From positions 25,110,001 through 25,174,000 of the forward strand of contig OZ024747.1 of the NCBI GenBank assembly GCA_964016885.1: a DNA stretch of 64,000 nt. Direction: 5' to 3'. Positions 12,075-23,834 of the stretch are shown here, in pieces. Both the position numbers and the translations under genes were made by a program. A model generated the notes under the pieces. It was not told the DNA's origin and searched no databases. It was given only the letters and a program-made list of their open reading frames with translations. This DNA comes from Eledone cirrhosa (taxonomy: Eukaryota). The number at the start of each line of letters is the position of its first letter. Positions within the stretch are counted from its first letter, which is position 1.

Positions 12075-14199
12075 TCACCACCACTATACCAACACCACTA
12101 CATCACCATCACAACTGCACTACCACTACAGACACCACCATTACACTAACACCACTACACCACCAACACACCACTATCACTACATCACCACCACCACTAT
12201 CACCGCCTTACATCACCACTACCACCATCACCACCTTTACAACACCACTACCACCATCACCACCTCTACAACACCACTATCACTACATCACCACTACCAC
12301 CATCACCACCTCTACAACACCACTATCACTACAACACCACTACCACCATCACCACCTCTACAACACCACTATCACTACATCACCACTACTACCATCACCA
12401 CCTCTACATCACCACTATCACTACATCACCACTACCACCATCACCACCTCTACAACACCACTATCACTACATCACCACTACTACCATCACCACCTCTACA
12501 ACACCACTATCACTACATCACCACTACCACCATCACCACCTCTACAACACCACTACCACCATCACCAGCTCTACAACACCACTATCACTACATCACCACT
12601 ACCACCATCAGCACCTCTACGGCACCACTATCGCTACATCACCACTACTACCATCACCACCTCTACATCACCACTACTACCATCACCACCTCTACAACAC
12701 CACTATCGCTACATCACCACTACTACCATCACCACCTCTACAACACCACTATCGCTACATCACCACTACTACCATCACCACTTCTACAACACCACTATCA
12801 CTACATCACCACTACTACCATCACCACCTCTACAACACCACTACTACCATCACCACCTCTACAACACCACTATCGCTACATCACCACTACTACCATCACC
12901 ACTTCTACAACACCACTATCGCTACATCACCACTACTACCATCACCACCTCTACAACACCACTATCGCTACATCACCACTACTACCATCACCACCTCTAC
13001 AGCACCACTATCGTTACATCACCACTACCACCATCACCACCTCTACAACACCACTATCGTTACATCACCACTACCCCCATCACCACCTCTACAACACCAC
13101 TATCACTACATCACCACTACTACCATCACCACCTCTACAGCACCACTATCACTACAACACCACTACCACCATCACCACCTCTACAACACCACTATCACTA
13201 CATCACCACTACCACCATCACCACCTCTACAACACCACTATCGCTACAGCACCACTACTACCATCACCACCTCTACAACACCACTATCGTTACATCACCA
13301 CTACCACCATCACCACCTCTACAACACCACTATCGCTACAGCACCACTACTACCATCACCACCTCTACAACACCACTATCGCTACAGCACCACTACCACC
13401 ATCACCACCTCTACAACACCACTATCACTACATCACCACTACTACCATCACCACCTCTATAACACCACTACTACCATCACCACCTCTACAACACCACTAT
13501 CACTACATCACCACTACCACCATCACCACCTCTACAACACCACCATCACCACCTCTACAACACCACTATCACTACATCACCACTACCACCATCACCACTT
13601 CTACATCACCACTACTACCATCACCACCTCTACAACACCACTATCACTACATCACCACTACTACCATCACCACCTCTACAACACCACTATCGTTACATCA
13701 CCACTACTACCATCACCACCTCTACAACACCACTATCACTACATCACCACTACTACCATCACCACCTCTACAACACCACTATCGCTACAGCACCACTACT
13801 ACCATCACCACCTCTACAACACCACTATCACTACATCACCACTACTACCATCACCACCTCTACAACACCACTATCGTTACATCACCACTACTACCATCAC
13901 CACCTCTATATCACTACATCACCACCTCTACAACACCACTATCACTACATCACCACTACTACCATCACCACCTCTACAGCACCACTATCACTACATCACC
14001 ACTACCACCATCAGCACCTCTACAGCACCACTATCGCTACATCACCACTACCACCATCACCACTACTACCATCACCACCTCTACAACACCACTATCACTA
14101 CATCACCACTACCACCATCACCACCTCTACAACACCACTATCACTACATCACCACTACTACCATCACCACCTCTACAGCACCACTATCGCTACATCACT
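12075..14199 (+). repeat. Minisatellite of about 2.1 kb with a 46-bp unit built from CAC/TAC/ATC triplets
   Basis: Unit accactatcactacatcaccactactaccatcaccacctctacaac, with variants. The + strand is very G-poor. Confidence 0.9.
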
Positions 14200-14984
14200 A
14201 AATCAATATGTCAACATCCTCTCATACAACTATCATTGACATAGCAGTGTCAAATTAAGGGTTGGCGCTGACTGAGCTCTAACCAGGACCTCACAATATT
14301 TAACCCTTTAGCATTTAAACCGGTTGGCTGTATCCAGCCAGAGTTCTCTCATCTCTTTCTGTTCAAACCGGCTATAACCAACCGCTCATACTGATGTCAA
14401 GGTATTGTTCTCAAAATAAATATCAAAATCTCATAGATTCAATATTATGTGAGATAAAGTCTTTACTGTGAAAATATAATAGTAAATATAGAGTAATGTA
14501 AATGCTAAAGGGTTAAAGAGCTCAAAATTATTATTTTTTTTTTTTTGCTATCATGGGCACGGGGATGATACTGAGGTTAAGGCGACCTCTTTGTAACCAT
14601 GCGATCCTGTGTTCAGTCATGCTGCATAGTACTTTGCACAAGTGTCTTCAACTATTGCCTTGGGTTGGTTGAATTTGGTAGAGAGAATCCACAGAAGCCC
14701 ATCATATATATATGTATGTGGGTTCATTTCTATGTTTGTATCTATTATGACTGTCTTGTAACTTAGCGGTTCGACAAAAATAGATGTATAAAATAAATAC
14801 CAAACTCCGGAAAAAATAAATGCTGGGGTCGACATGCCCCAGCCTGGCCGCAGTCTAATGACTGAACTAGTAAAAAGAGTAAAAAAGGATTTTTTTTAAA
14901 ATAATGTGAGGACCACAATGAAATTTTCATCTAGGTGTCTCATGCCAGGGTAATATACACCGGAACAACAACCTCAGCAATTAC

Positions 14985-15690
14985 CATACTACCACCACTA
15001 TACCACCACCACTACTGCCACCATACCACCACTACAACACCCCACTACACTACCACCACCATTTCATCATCAATATCACTACAGACCTACTACAACACCA
15101 CCCCCTATCACCACCACCACCACTATTTCAAATCCAACACCTCACCACTTCACCACCACCACACCACAACAACCATTACTGCATCACTATTGTCTCTACA
15201 GACATCACCATCACCACAACAACAACACCACTATCACTACCACCATGACAATACCACCACCATCACGTCACCCCCATCCTGACATGACCATCATTATAGA
15301 AAACCGTAAATTTCAACATACCAGAGCAGTTTTAAGAATATATCACCAACATCAGCTCCTCTCTACAAACTAGCAACTATTAACTGAAATAACTTTATTT
15401 CACTGACACCACCACCACAACCAACATGCCCAGCAGCATATATGTTTGTGTGATGGTGATAGTGGTAGCAGGGGGAGATGTGGAAGGATGTTTGTGGGTT
15501 TTGACGTTGTTATTGTTGGTGTTGATGGTGGTGTTGGTAATGGTGGTGATGGCAGCGGTGAATGTATTGTGCTAATGGTGGTAGTAATGGTAGTGATGGG
15601 GAATGTGGTTGTGGTAATGGTGATAATGGTGGCGGCGAATATGTTGTGTGTGAATGGTGATGGTGGTAGTGATAGCGATGGTGAATGTGT
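14985..15690. repeat. Low-complexity (CAC)n-like tract followed by an opposite-strand (GTG)n-like tract
   Basis: 14985-15280 is C/A-rich; 15450-15690 is G/T-rich. Confidence 0.75.
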
Positions 15691-16553
15691 TGACTACCAG
15701 TGGTTGAGCCAGTAATAGCGTTAAACGAGCGAGAGCGACAGAGAGTGAGTGTGTGTGTGTGTTTATATTTGTACGAGACAGAATGAGTATATGGGGGGGG
15801 GGGGGTAGGAAGAAGAAAGTTATCACGTTTGATAATATAGTAGAAAAAAAAAGAAATGAAGGAAAAAGGTAGAAAGGGGCGGGATAAAGGCAAACTAACA
15901 TTCATAGAGACAAACAGACAGACAGACAATAAGGTTTAGCTATGGAGAAGAAAGAAAGTGCTAAGTACACACACACACACCCAAATACATACATATATAC
16001 AGTTGTACCCCAGTATTCGTGAGCATCCTAGAGCACCCGTGAAGAGTGAAAAACCGTTCCTGAGAACTTTGTTAAGTGTACAAGTGCCAGGAGAACGTTC
16101 AACCACTTACACGATAATACAAAAGGGATTGTATCTGTAATTCAGAGCCAGCCATCTCGCACACCGTATCATGCTGGATCTCACAGAGAACTACATTAGG
16201 GGTACATGTGTTTCTATGTAGAATGCTCAGCCACTTCCGCGTTAATTTCACATGCGCAATGTTCCGTTGTTTGAACATTTGGAGCGCTTGTCGTCGAAAT
16301 TGACGGAGACCCATCATAAACTTGGCGAGAGAGACGGGAGTGGAGGCGGGAGAAGCGACGACAGGTGCCCACAGGCGCACAATCACACCCCCACAAAAGT
16401 AGATACACATGCACACGTACCGAAGTATAGACATGTACACAAATATGTATAAATAAATATAGCATCGCAAATATGCATATAAAAATATATAGCAAGTATG
16501 TATGTATAAAACAGGAGGCTGGACTGGTGTAATTCTTTAAAAGGTTTATTATA

Positions 16554-16605
<52 letters not shown>

Positions 16606-16615
<10 letters not shown>

Positions 16616-17052
16616 TAAAAAAATAATGAATAAAACAATGAAACAGTTCCTTATATTAAACAAAAAAAGTTCATTATTTAACGATCGTTTCTAGGATATA
16701 TATGTGTTAGAATTGGCATGCATATTCAACAGATCTATGTACAAAATTATACAAAATTATACAAACTATCAAGATTAAATATACATACCAAACACACATA
16801 TATGCCGTCTTCAGAAATAATGAAATATATTTATTGATAATAACAACAATTCAAAATTTCCGGTCCGTATAATTTTGTATAATTTTGTATAAGTTTGTAT
16901 AATTTTGTATAATTTTGTACATAGATCTGTTGAATATGCATGCCAATTCTAACACATATATATCCTAGAAACGATCGTTAAATAATGAACTTTTTTTGTT
17001 TAATATAAGGAACTGTTTCATTGTTTTATTCATTATTTTTTTAATATTTTAT
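16606..17052. mobile_element. Fold-back Penelope-type fragment (arms of about 160 bp) with hammerhead motif at 16676-16816 (-)
   Basis: 16606-16766 is the reverse complement of 16892-17052. Minus strand reads ATTT-CTGAAGA-[long stem II]-GAAA-CGATCG-TT-AAAT. Confidence 0.7.
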
Positions 17053-17287
17053 CTTGACTCTGTATTCCGTTTATCTTTCACCGAAAGTGATTTTTCATTG
17101 CATCTCTTCTTTCCATGATATCCGGACTACATTGAGTTCTTCATACGGATTGGACACTACCGTAAACTCTTGGTAGATTTATCTACATATATATATATAT
17201 ATATACGTTATTCCGGGTTGAATCGGAGGTAACCACAGTAAGTAAGGTACTCAATACATTGCAGAGTATAAAAGTTTTAATATAGAT

Positions 17288-17340
17288 GAGATTCTACAGG
17301 ACTAGAACTGTTTCATTCTTTAGAAATCATCAGGAATCTC
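17288..17340 (-). ncRNA. Type I hammerhead ribozyme motif within a 55-bp-arm palindrome (17281-17393)
   Basis: GAGATTC-CTGATGA-TTTCTAAAGAAT-GAAA-CAG-TTCTAGTC-CTG-TA-GAATCTC. 7-bp stem I, 3-bp stem III, GUA cleavage triplet. Stem II is closed by a U-U mismatch. Confidence 0.7.
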
Positions 17341-17387
17341 CTGATGATTTCTAAAGAATGAAGCAGTTCTAGTCCTGTAGAATCTCA

Positions 17388-17426
<39 letters not shown>

Positions 17427-18389
17427 CGGTGGGAGGTATATATAAATATTGTGGTACATTAGAATAAGAGAGAGGAGGAAAAACACGATGTATGGGATGA
17501 AAAAGAAAATATATATATAGCCTATATAATTACTGTGTGTGTGTGTTTTGTGTATGTGTGTGGGCAATAAAAATATATATATTTGGCGGTAAGCAGTAAA
17601 CGTACAATAATAAATGTGTTCAGAGTTAGCATCATTGAAAGACCACACCCATAGATTATAGTGTATGTAAAGAAGGACTGCCATCTGGAATATAAAGACG
17701 TGCTCACACACATACTCTCTCTCTCTCTCTCTAACTATATATATATATATTATTTCCCTTGCCGGAATTAGCACGTGATAATTATAGATTCGATTAGCCA
17801 CGGGGTTTGGAGACATGAACCGAATGCTACCATTCTAGTTTATATCAATGTGAATTGCTATTTCTAATAGCCATCTTTTCATCCCTTGATAATTTGTGTG
17901 TGAGACCCGTTGGCTGGAAGCTTCTGACAGGAACTAAAAGATTGATTCTTTTTAGTTCCCGTCCCCACGTAAAATTTGTAAATCGATTGCTAGTTGAGAG
18001 ATAGGGTCCTATCGGTTGCCAGTTGCTAATCGCTTTACCGTGTCGGTTGACACAAACAGTCATGACCGGCATGGGCCGGTGTTTGGATTCTGTCAATCGA
18101 TTGGTTATTGATTAGGCGATACCCGCTGAAGCCGCATAAGTCGATTGTGCATTGTTGCATAATATATGCAGACAGATGGTGCAGTGCACCTTACTGCTGC
18201 ATTAGTGCGGCAGAAACTCGAGTCCAGGAATCCTTATAGGCACCCGTTTTATGTTTGTTGTGTTGAAGCAAATAACTATGTGTATACTCTGGTAATGTAT
18301 CTTACATTGCCCATTGAGTGCGCTGAGATACAACCGGTACTGGCATTGATAAATATGCTGGGTCCGTCAACCCTTATTATATATATATA

Positions 18390-18461
<72 letters not shown>

Positions 18462-18468
<7 letters not shown>

Positions 18469-18764
18469 AAAAAGAGATGAAATCGAAAATACAACTGGAG
18501 TCTTATTTTTTTTTTAAATATATATTTTTTTATTTGGTTCCTTTACTGGTTTCGCAGTTCTTCTGCTTTTCAAAAGTAGAGTTGAGATGGAGGGTCTGTG
18601 GTTTTTCTCACACAGATGTGAGAAAAGCCACAGACCCTCCATCTCAACTCTACTTTTGAAAAGCAGAACTGCGAAACCGGTAAAGGAACCAAATAAAAAT
18701 ATATATATATTTTTTTTAAAATAAGACTCCAGTTGCATTTTCGATTTCATCTCTTTTTCTTTAT
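18462..18764. mobile_element. Fold-back Penelope-type fragment (arms of about 150 bp)
   Basis: Near-perfect palindrome centred near 18613. Carries a hammerhead 3' half (GCGAAACCGGTAAAGG); the CTGATGA core is absent. Confidence 0.65.
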
Positions 18765-18819
18765 ACTTTCACTCGTGTAGGACACCTCGGTTATTTTTCA
18801 ATTTGTAAAAAAACCTCAC

Positions 18820-18996
<177 letters not shown>

Positions 18997-19002
18997 GTAT
19001 AA

Positions 19003-19052
<50 letters not shown>

Positions 19053-19087
19053 GTGTGTGTGTGTGTATTTATATATATATATATATG

Positions 19088-19160
<73 letters not shown>

Positions 19161-19220
19161 AATGTTCTATGTGGCTAAGATCTTATAGAATGAATAAAGA
19201 AAGGTGTATATATATATATA

Positions 19221-19745
19221 TACGAGTCTCTGCTGAAAGCTTCATAGGCTGACCAAGAAGTTTATTTTTCAACATAGTCCCGTTTACGATACCCGCACCG
19301 CTTCTATCAGTGTTGTAGTGCTTGGATCCCATTGGTGAAGAAGCTTTGATATTGGTAAAAAAAAGAACATACATCAACGGCCGATATGACGTCATCATCA
19401 CTCAGATACTGGCTCCAGACATGCGTTTCTTCATGTTAAAGAACAGATGATAGTTAGATGGAGCCAAATCATGAGAATAGGGAGGGTGATCAACTAGTTC
19501 AAAGCCACAGTTACGCAGAGCAACCATTGACAACCTTTCGTAACTGCCTCAGCAAGTTGGCATAGTTCTCTATGTTGATAGTATGACCCTTTTGAAAATA
19601 GGGAATAAACACAATGCCTTTTTTGCATCCCAAAAAAACTGAGATAAAAAGATCTTGGCCTTCTTTGGAACAAATGAGGAGAGGTGTTTCCACAATATGG
19701 ATTGTTTCTTTGTCTCTGGCTCAAAGTGATGAACCCAACACTCAT
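19221..19745 (-). mobile_element. mariner transposase 3' relic with TIR
   Basis: TA-flanked TIR-like tacgagtctctgctgaaagcttcataggctg. Minus strand encodes GFELVDHPPYSHDLAPSNYHLF, the HPPYSPDLAPSD motif. Confidence 0.8.
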
Positions 19746-19910
19746 CTATGGTTAGGAAAAGTATATATATATATATATATATATACTTTTCCTAACCATA
19801 GAATATGCATACCAACTCTAACACATATATATCCTAGAAACGATCGTAAAATAATGAATTTTTTTTAATATAAGGAACTGTTTCTTTGTTTATTCATTAT
19901 TTTTTAAATA

Positions 19911-19961
<51 letters not shown>

Positions 19962-19999
19962 AGGGTGTTAAAGTTTGCTTGAAGCATTGTGAAATGTGT

Positions 20000-20332
20000 A
20001 AAATACGTAGTTTAGAAAGCCACAACAATGCAGAGGGAAATCTCGAGGTAGGAAGTGAATGATAGATAGGAGAAAGTGAAAATTGAGAGAGATAAAGATG
20101 AAAACAAAACAAAGGTAGAAGGGTTACCGTAGTGGAGATTTAATCCCAATATTTCGGGCTCACGCCCATCAACGGGGGAAAGTTCCAAAAGGGGGGGAAC
20201 AGGCTAAGCGGAGAAAGTTGTGATGTCGTTAAAACAGGAATGCCGTCTCTCTCAATTTTCACTTTCTCCTATCTATCATTCACTTCCTACCTCGAGATTT
20301 CCCTCTGCATTGTTGTGGCTTTCTAAACTACG

Positions 20333-20338
<6 letters not shown>
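20000..20338. mobile_element. Fold-back fragment (arms of about 93 bp) with a degenerate hammerhead-like motif in the spacer
   Basis: 20000-20092 is the reverse complement of 20246-20338. Spacer minus strand reads TTGATG-GGC-GTGA-GCCC-GAAATATTG. Lies between (TA)n tracts. Confidence 0.6.
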
Positions 20339-20399
<61 letters not shown>

Positions 20400-20551
20400 T
20401 GTACACTTAGATGTACACTTTAACTTAATTATATATATATATATATATATAGGAACCAGTAAGACTGGTTCCTATTACCCACTCTACTACCTCAAGTATT
20501 GAGTACTTTGGTGCGTTATGGTCCACCTGGTTCCTTACCACATTTCCTTCG

Positions 20552-20602
<51 letters not shown>

Positions 20603-20808
20603 CAGTCTGGTCTACCTCTGGTGGTAGGGTCGGTACGTTAGGTAGAACTCAATGTAATCTTGTAAAATACATAGAGAAGTTGTGTTTCGCTGAATTAATT
20701 CTTTAGATACAGTCAGATATTAGGTATTAAATTAACAATAAAAATAACAACAAAATAAAAACAAAATTATAAAGTGACTTTGTTCTTTTTATTTTCATTG
20801 TCAATTTG

Positions 20809-20897
<89 letters not shown>

Positions 20898-21264
20898 ACA
20901 CACACACATATATATGTGTGTGTGTGTATGTATGTAAAAGGTAAACAGAAATAACAACACAATCGGTAATGCGCAGTGTGACAAGAAGCTTGCTTCCCTA
21001 CCACATGTTTCCGTGTTCAGTCTCACTGCCCGGGCCGACTAAAACCCTGTGAGTGGATTTGATAGACCGAAACTAAAAGAAGCCCATCGTATATATGTAT
21101 ATATGTCTGTGTGTGTCTTTGCGTTTGTGTTTGCCCTCCCACCAATGCTTGTTGGTTTGTTGACGTCCCCATAACTTACCAAGGTGATACTCCAGCATGG
21201 GCGTAGTACAGAGACAGAAAAAAGTAAAGTGTATATATATATATGTGTGTGTGTGTGTGTAGAA

Positions 21265-23826
21265 GAGGGGTCTCAAACTTGTAGCGGTTGTCTCCCTTGT
21301 TTTGATTGGGATCTAGACGGGAGGTGGAACCCTTTCTGCGACTTCCGGTCAGAGCCCTATAAAACTAACAACTTTAAGCTTCCTTTCTCTCTTTGCCTTT
21401 TCGGCACCAGGTCAAGAGTCTTCTCATTTGGCTCTGCCATTAACCTGGCCAACAGGCGCCTGGCCTTAGCCAGGCGCCCTCTGCCAGCCGCGTTTGCCTG
21501 GCAATCAAAACGGTAACTACTAACTTTGTTTCATTCTAACATCTATCTTTGACATGTCAAGTATTCTATCTACCGTTAATTAAATATTATATACACAAAC
21601 CATGTCTCGTTTTGTTACATTCATGCAACCTAGTATCCTCGCTATATTGGTAACCTTAACGTGATACGAACACGCAGCCGTTCATCGCTATAAGTGGTCA
21701 CCCCCCCCCCCCCCCCCCCAAAAAAAAAAAGAAAAAAATAGCACATCTGGTTTCGTGTGAGTAACATTACGAATACACAGCAAATTTAGCGACAAACTAT
21801 GAAAATACTCAAGGACACGCACACACGCACATGTGGAATTCGCACAGACAGACTTTTTCTCTCACACATCAATTAACTGTCGCATTTCACCAATATATAT
21901 ATATGTTTCTCGTTTCTTACAACGAACTCTTTCAAAAAAAAAAAAAAAAAGGAAAAAAAAAACATTTCACGATATATATATGTTTCTCGTTTCTTACAAC
22001 GAACTCTTTCAAAACAAACAAAAAAAAAAGAGATTTGATATTCTTTAAATAACATTTCAACAGGAACATTTATTTTCGATGAACCATTGCCTTTTTGTTC
22101 ATCGTTTTCTTCATCGTTCAATTTTTTTTTTTTTTTTTTTTTTTTCCCAAAGTTCACACCAATAATTATGCTGATTGAAGCCTTTCTTTTTCATCATTGT
22201 CACTTTCAAAATTGCACTATCATTTTCTCGCGCGTTAGAAATATTTTTTTTTCAACCTTGTATTGGCACGTGTAGGCAGCATAAATTCTCGATTCACTGA
22301 GATGTCTCTACTCACAGACAGCCGCACGCCAGAGATATCATTTATCACCAGGGATTCTTCAGCCTTAAGCTATATTCTTCTATTTGCCGGTTTATAAATT
22401 TACAATGTAAATTTACAGTTGATAACCGCGCATTTATTGGGAATGCTTATTTCTCTGGTCGCTGGCCTCTTGACCCTTCCAGGTCAACGCATTCTCAACA
22501 TCGACCATCAACTTCGGCTGCTATTTCTAGCACTTTGCGCAACTCATTTTTTTCTAAAAAAAAAAAAAATTTTTTACTGCGAATTTAAACACCGAATACG
22601 CTCACTCAGCGAGACAACAGCAGCAGCAACAGCAATATAACAGCAACAGCAATACATCAATACAGCTTCACCAAAGCCAGAGAATTCATTTTTGCAGCAC
22701 TCTTCCTGTGAGAAAATCCATTCGGAGGTTGGAAATTTCACGATATACCACAGAACAGAAACCACCTGCATTCATTCTCTGGAACACACTTTCTTTCCTG
22801 CTGTCATGTGATTGCACACCTGTGAACTATATTTTGAACTTTGAGCTCTTCTATTACTTTTACTTTATTACATGGTATCTTTGGGTGATGGATAGATGGA
22901 TGTCCAGTCGTTCTCTGGCCAAGAGCGGTTGGCTACCTTGATATCTATCATTGATTTTTTCCAAACATTCTTTTGTCGTAATTTTCATGCCTGTTACAAC
23001 ATTTTCGCCAACTTGCTACATATTTTCATTTCGATTTTTATACACTAAAATTCTGGCGGGAGGTTATGTAGCGGTTGTCTCCCTTGTTTTGATTGGGATC
23101 TAGACGGGAGGTGGAACCCTTTCTGCGACTTCCGGTCAGAGCCCTATAAAACTAACAACTTTAAGCTTCCTTTCTCTCTTTGCCTTTTCGGCACCAGGTC
23201 AAGAGTCTTCTCATTTGGCTCTGCCATTAACCTGGCCAACAGGCGCCTGGCCTTCGCCAGGCGCCCTCTGCCAGCCGCGTTTGCCTGGCAATCAAAACGG
23301 TAACTACTAACTTTGTTTCATTCTAACATCTATCTTTGACATGTCAAGTATTCTATCTACCGTTAATTAAATATTATATACACAAACCATGTCTCGTTTT
23401 GTTACATTCATGCAACCTAGTATCCTCGCTATAAACTCAAGGATATAAAAGTGCCATTACGTCCTGGAGGAGAGGCACAGTGGGCCAAACGTGGTGGTGG
23501 GTGATGATTTTCACCAGTTATAATCATTTCTACTATAGGCACAAGGCATGAAATTTGGGGTTTAGAGTCCCGTCGATTACATCGAACCCAGTTCACAATT
23601 GGTACTTAATTTATCGACCCCAAAAGGATGAAAGGCAAAGTTGAGATAAGCGAAATTTGAACTAGGAACGTAAAAACGGAAGAAGTACCGCTAAGCATTT
23701 CGCCAGATGTGCTAACAATTCCACCAGCTCACCGCCTTATTTTCGCCAGTTATAATGGAGTCTGAAATATTGGTTCTACCACGGGCTATAGAAAAGTAGT
23801 TCGCGGGCTGCATGTTTGAGCCCCCT
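21265..23826. mobile_element. hAT-like MITE split by the LTR element and a SINE
   Basis: TIR-like aggggtctcaaac at 21266 and gtttgagccccctg at 23814-23827. A related MITE lies at about 40884-41077. Confidence 0.55.
21280..23433 (+). mobile_element. Intact non-autonomous LTR retrotransposon (Gypsy-like, no coding capacity)
   Basis: 367-bp LTRs at 21280-21646 and 23067-23433 (TGTAGCG...CGCTATA) with one mismatch seen. 4-bp TSD AACT. PBS-like TTGGTAACC after LTR1, purine tract GGCGGGAGG before LTR2. 1.42-kb interior with no gag or pol ORF. Confidence 0.88.
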
Positions 23827-23834
23827 GTTGGAGA

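Noticed and set aside
12032-13462. 476-aa T/P/H-rich ORF resembling a mucin or extensin
   Set aside because: Lies within a 46-bp satellite whose base composition avoids stop codons. No signal peptide or splice support.
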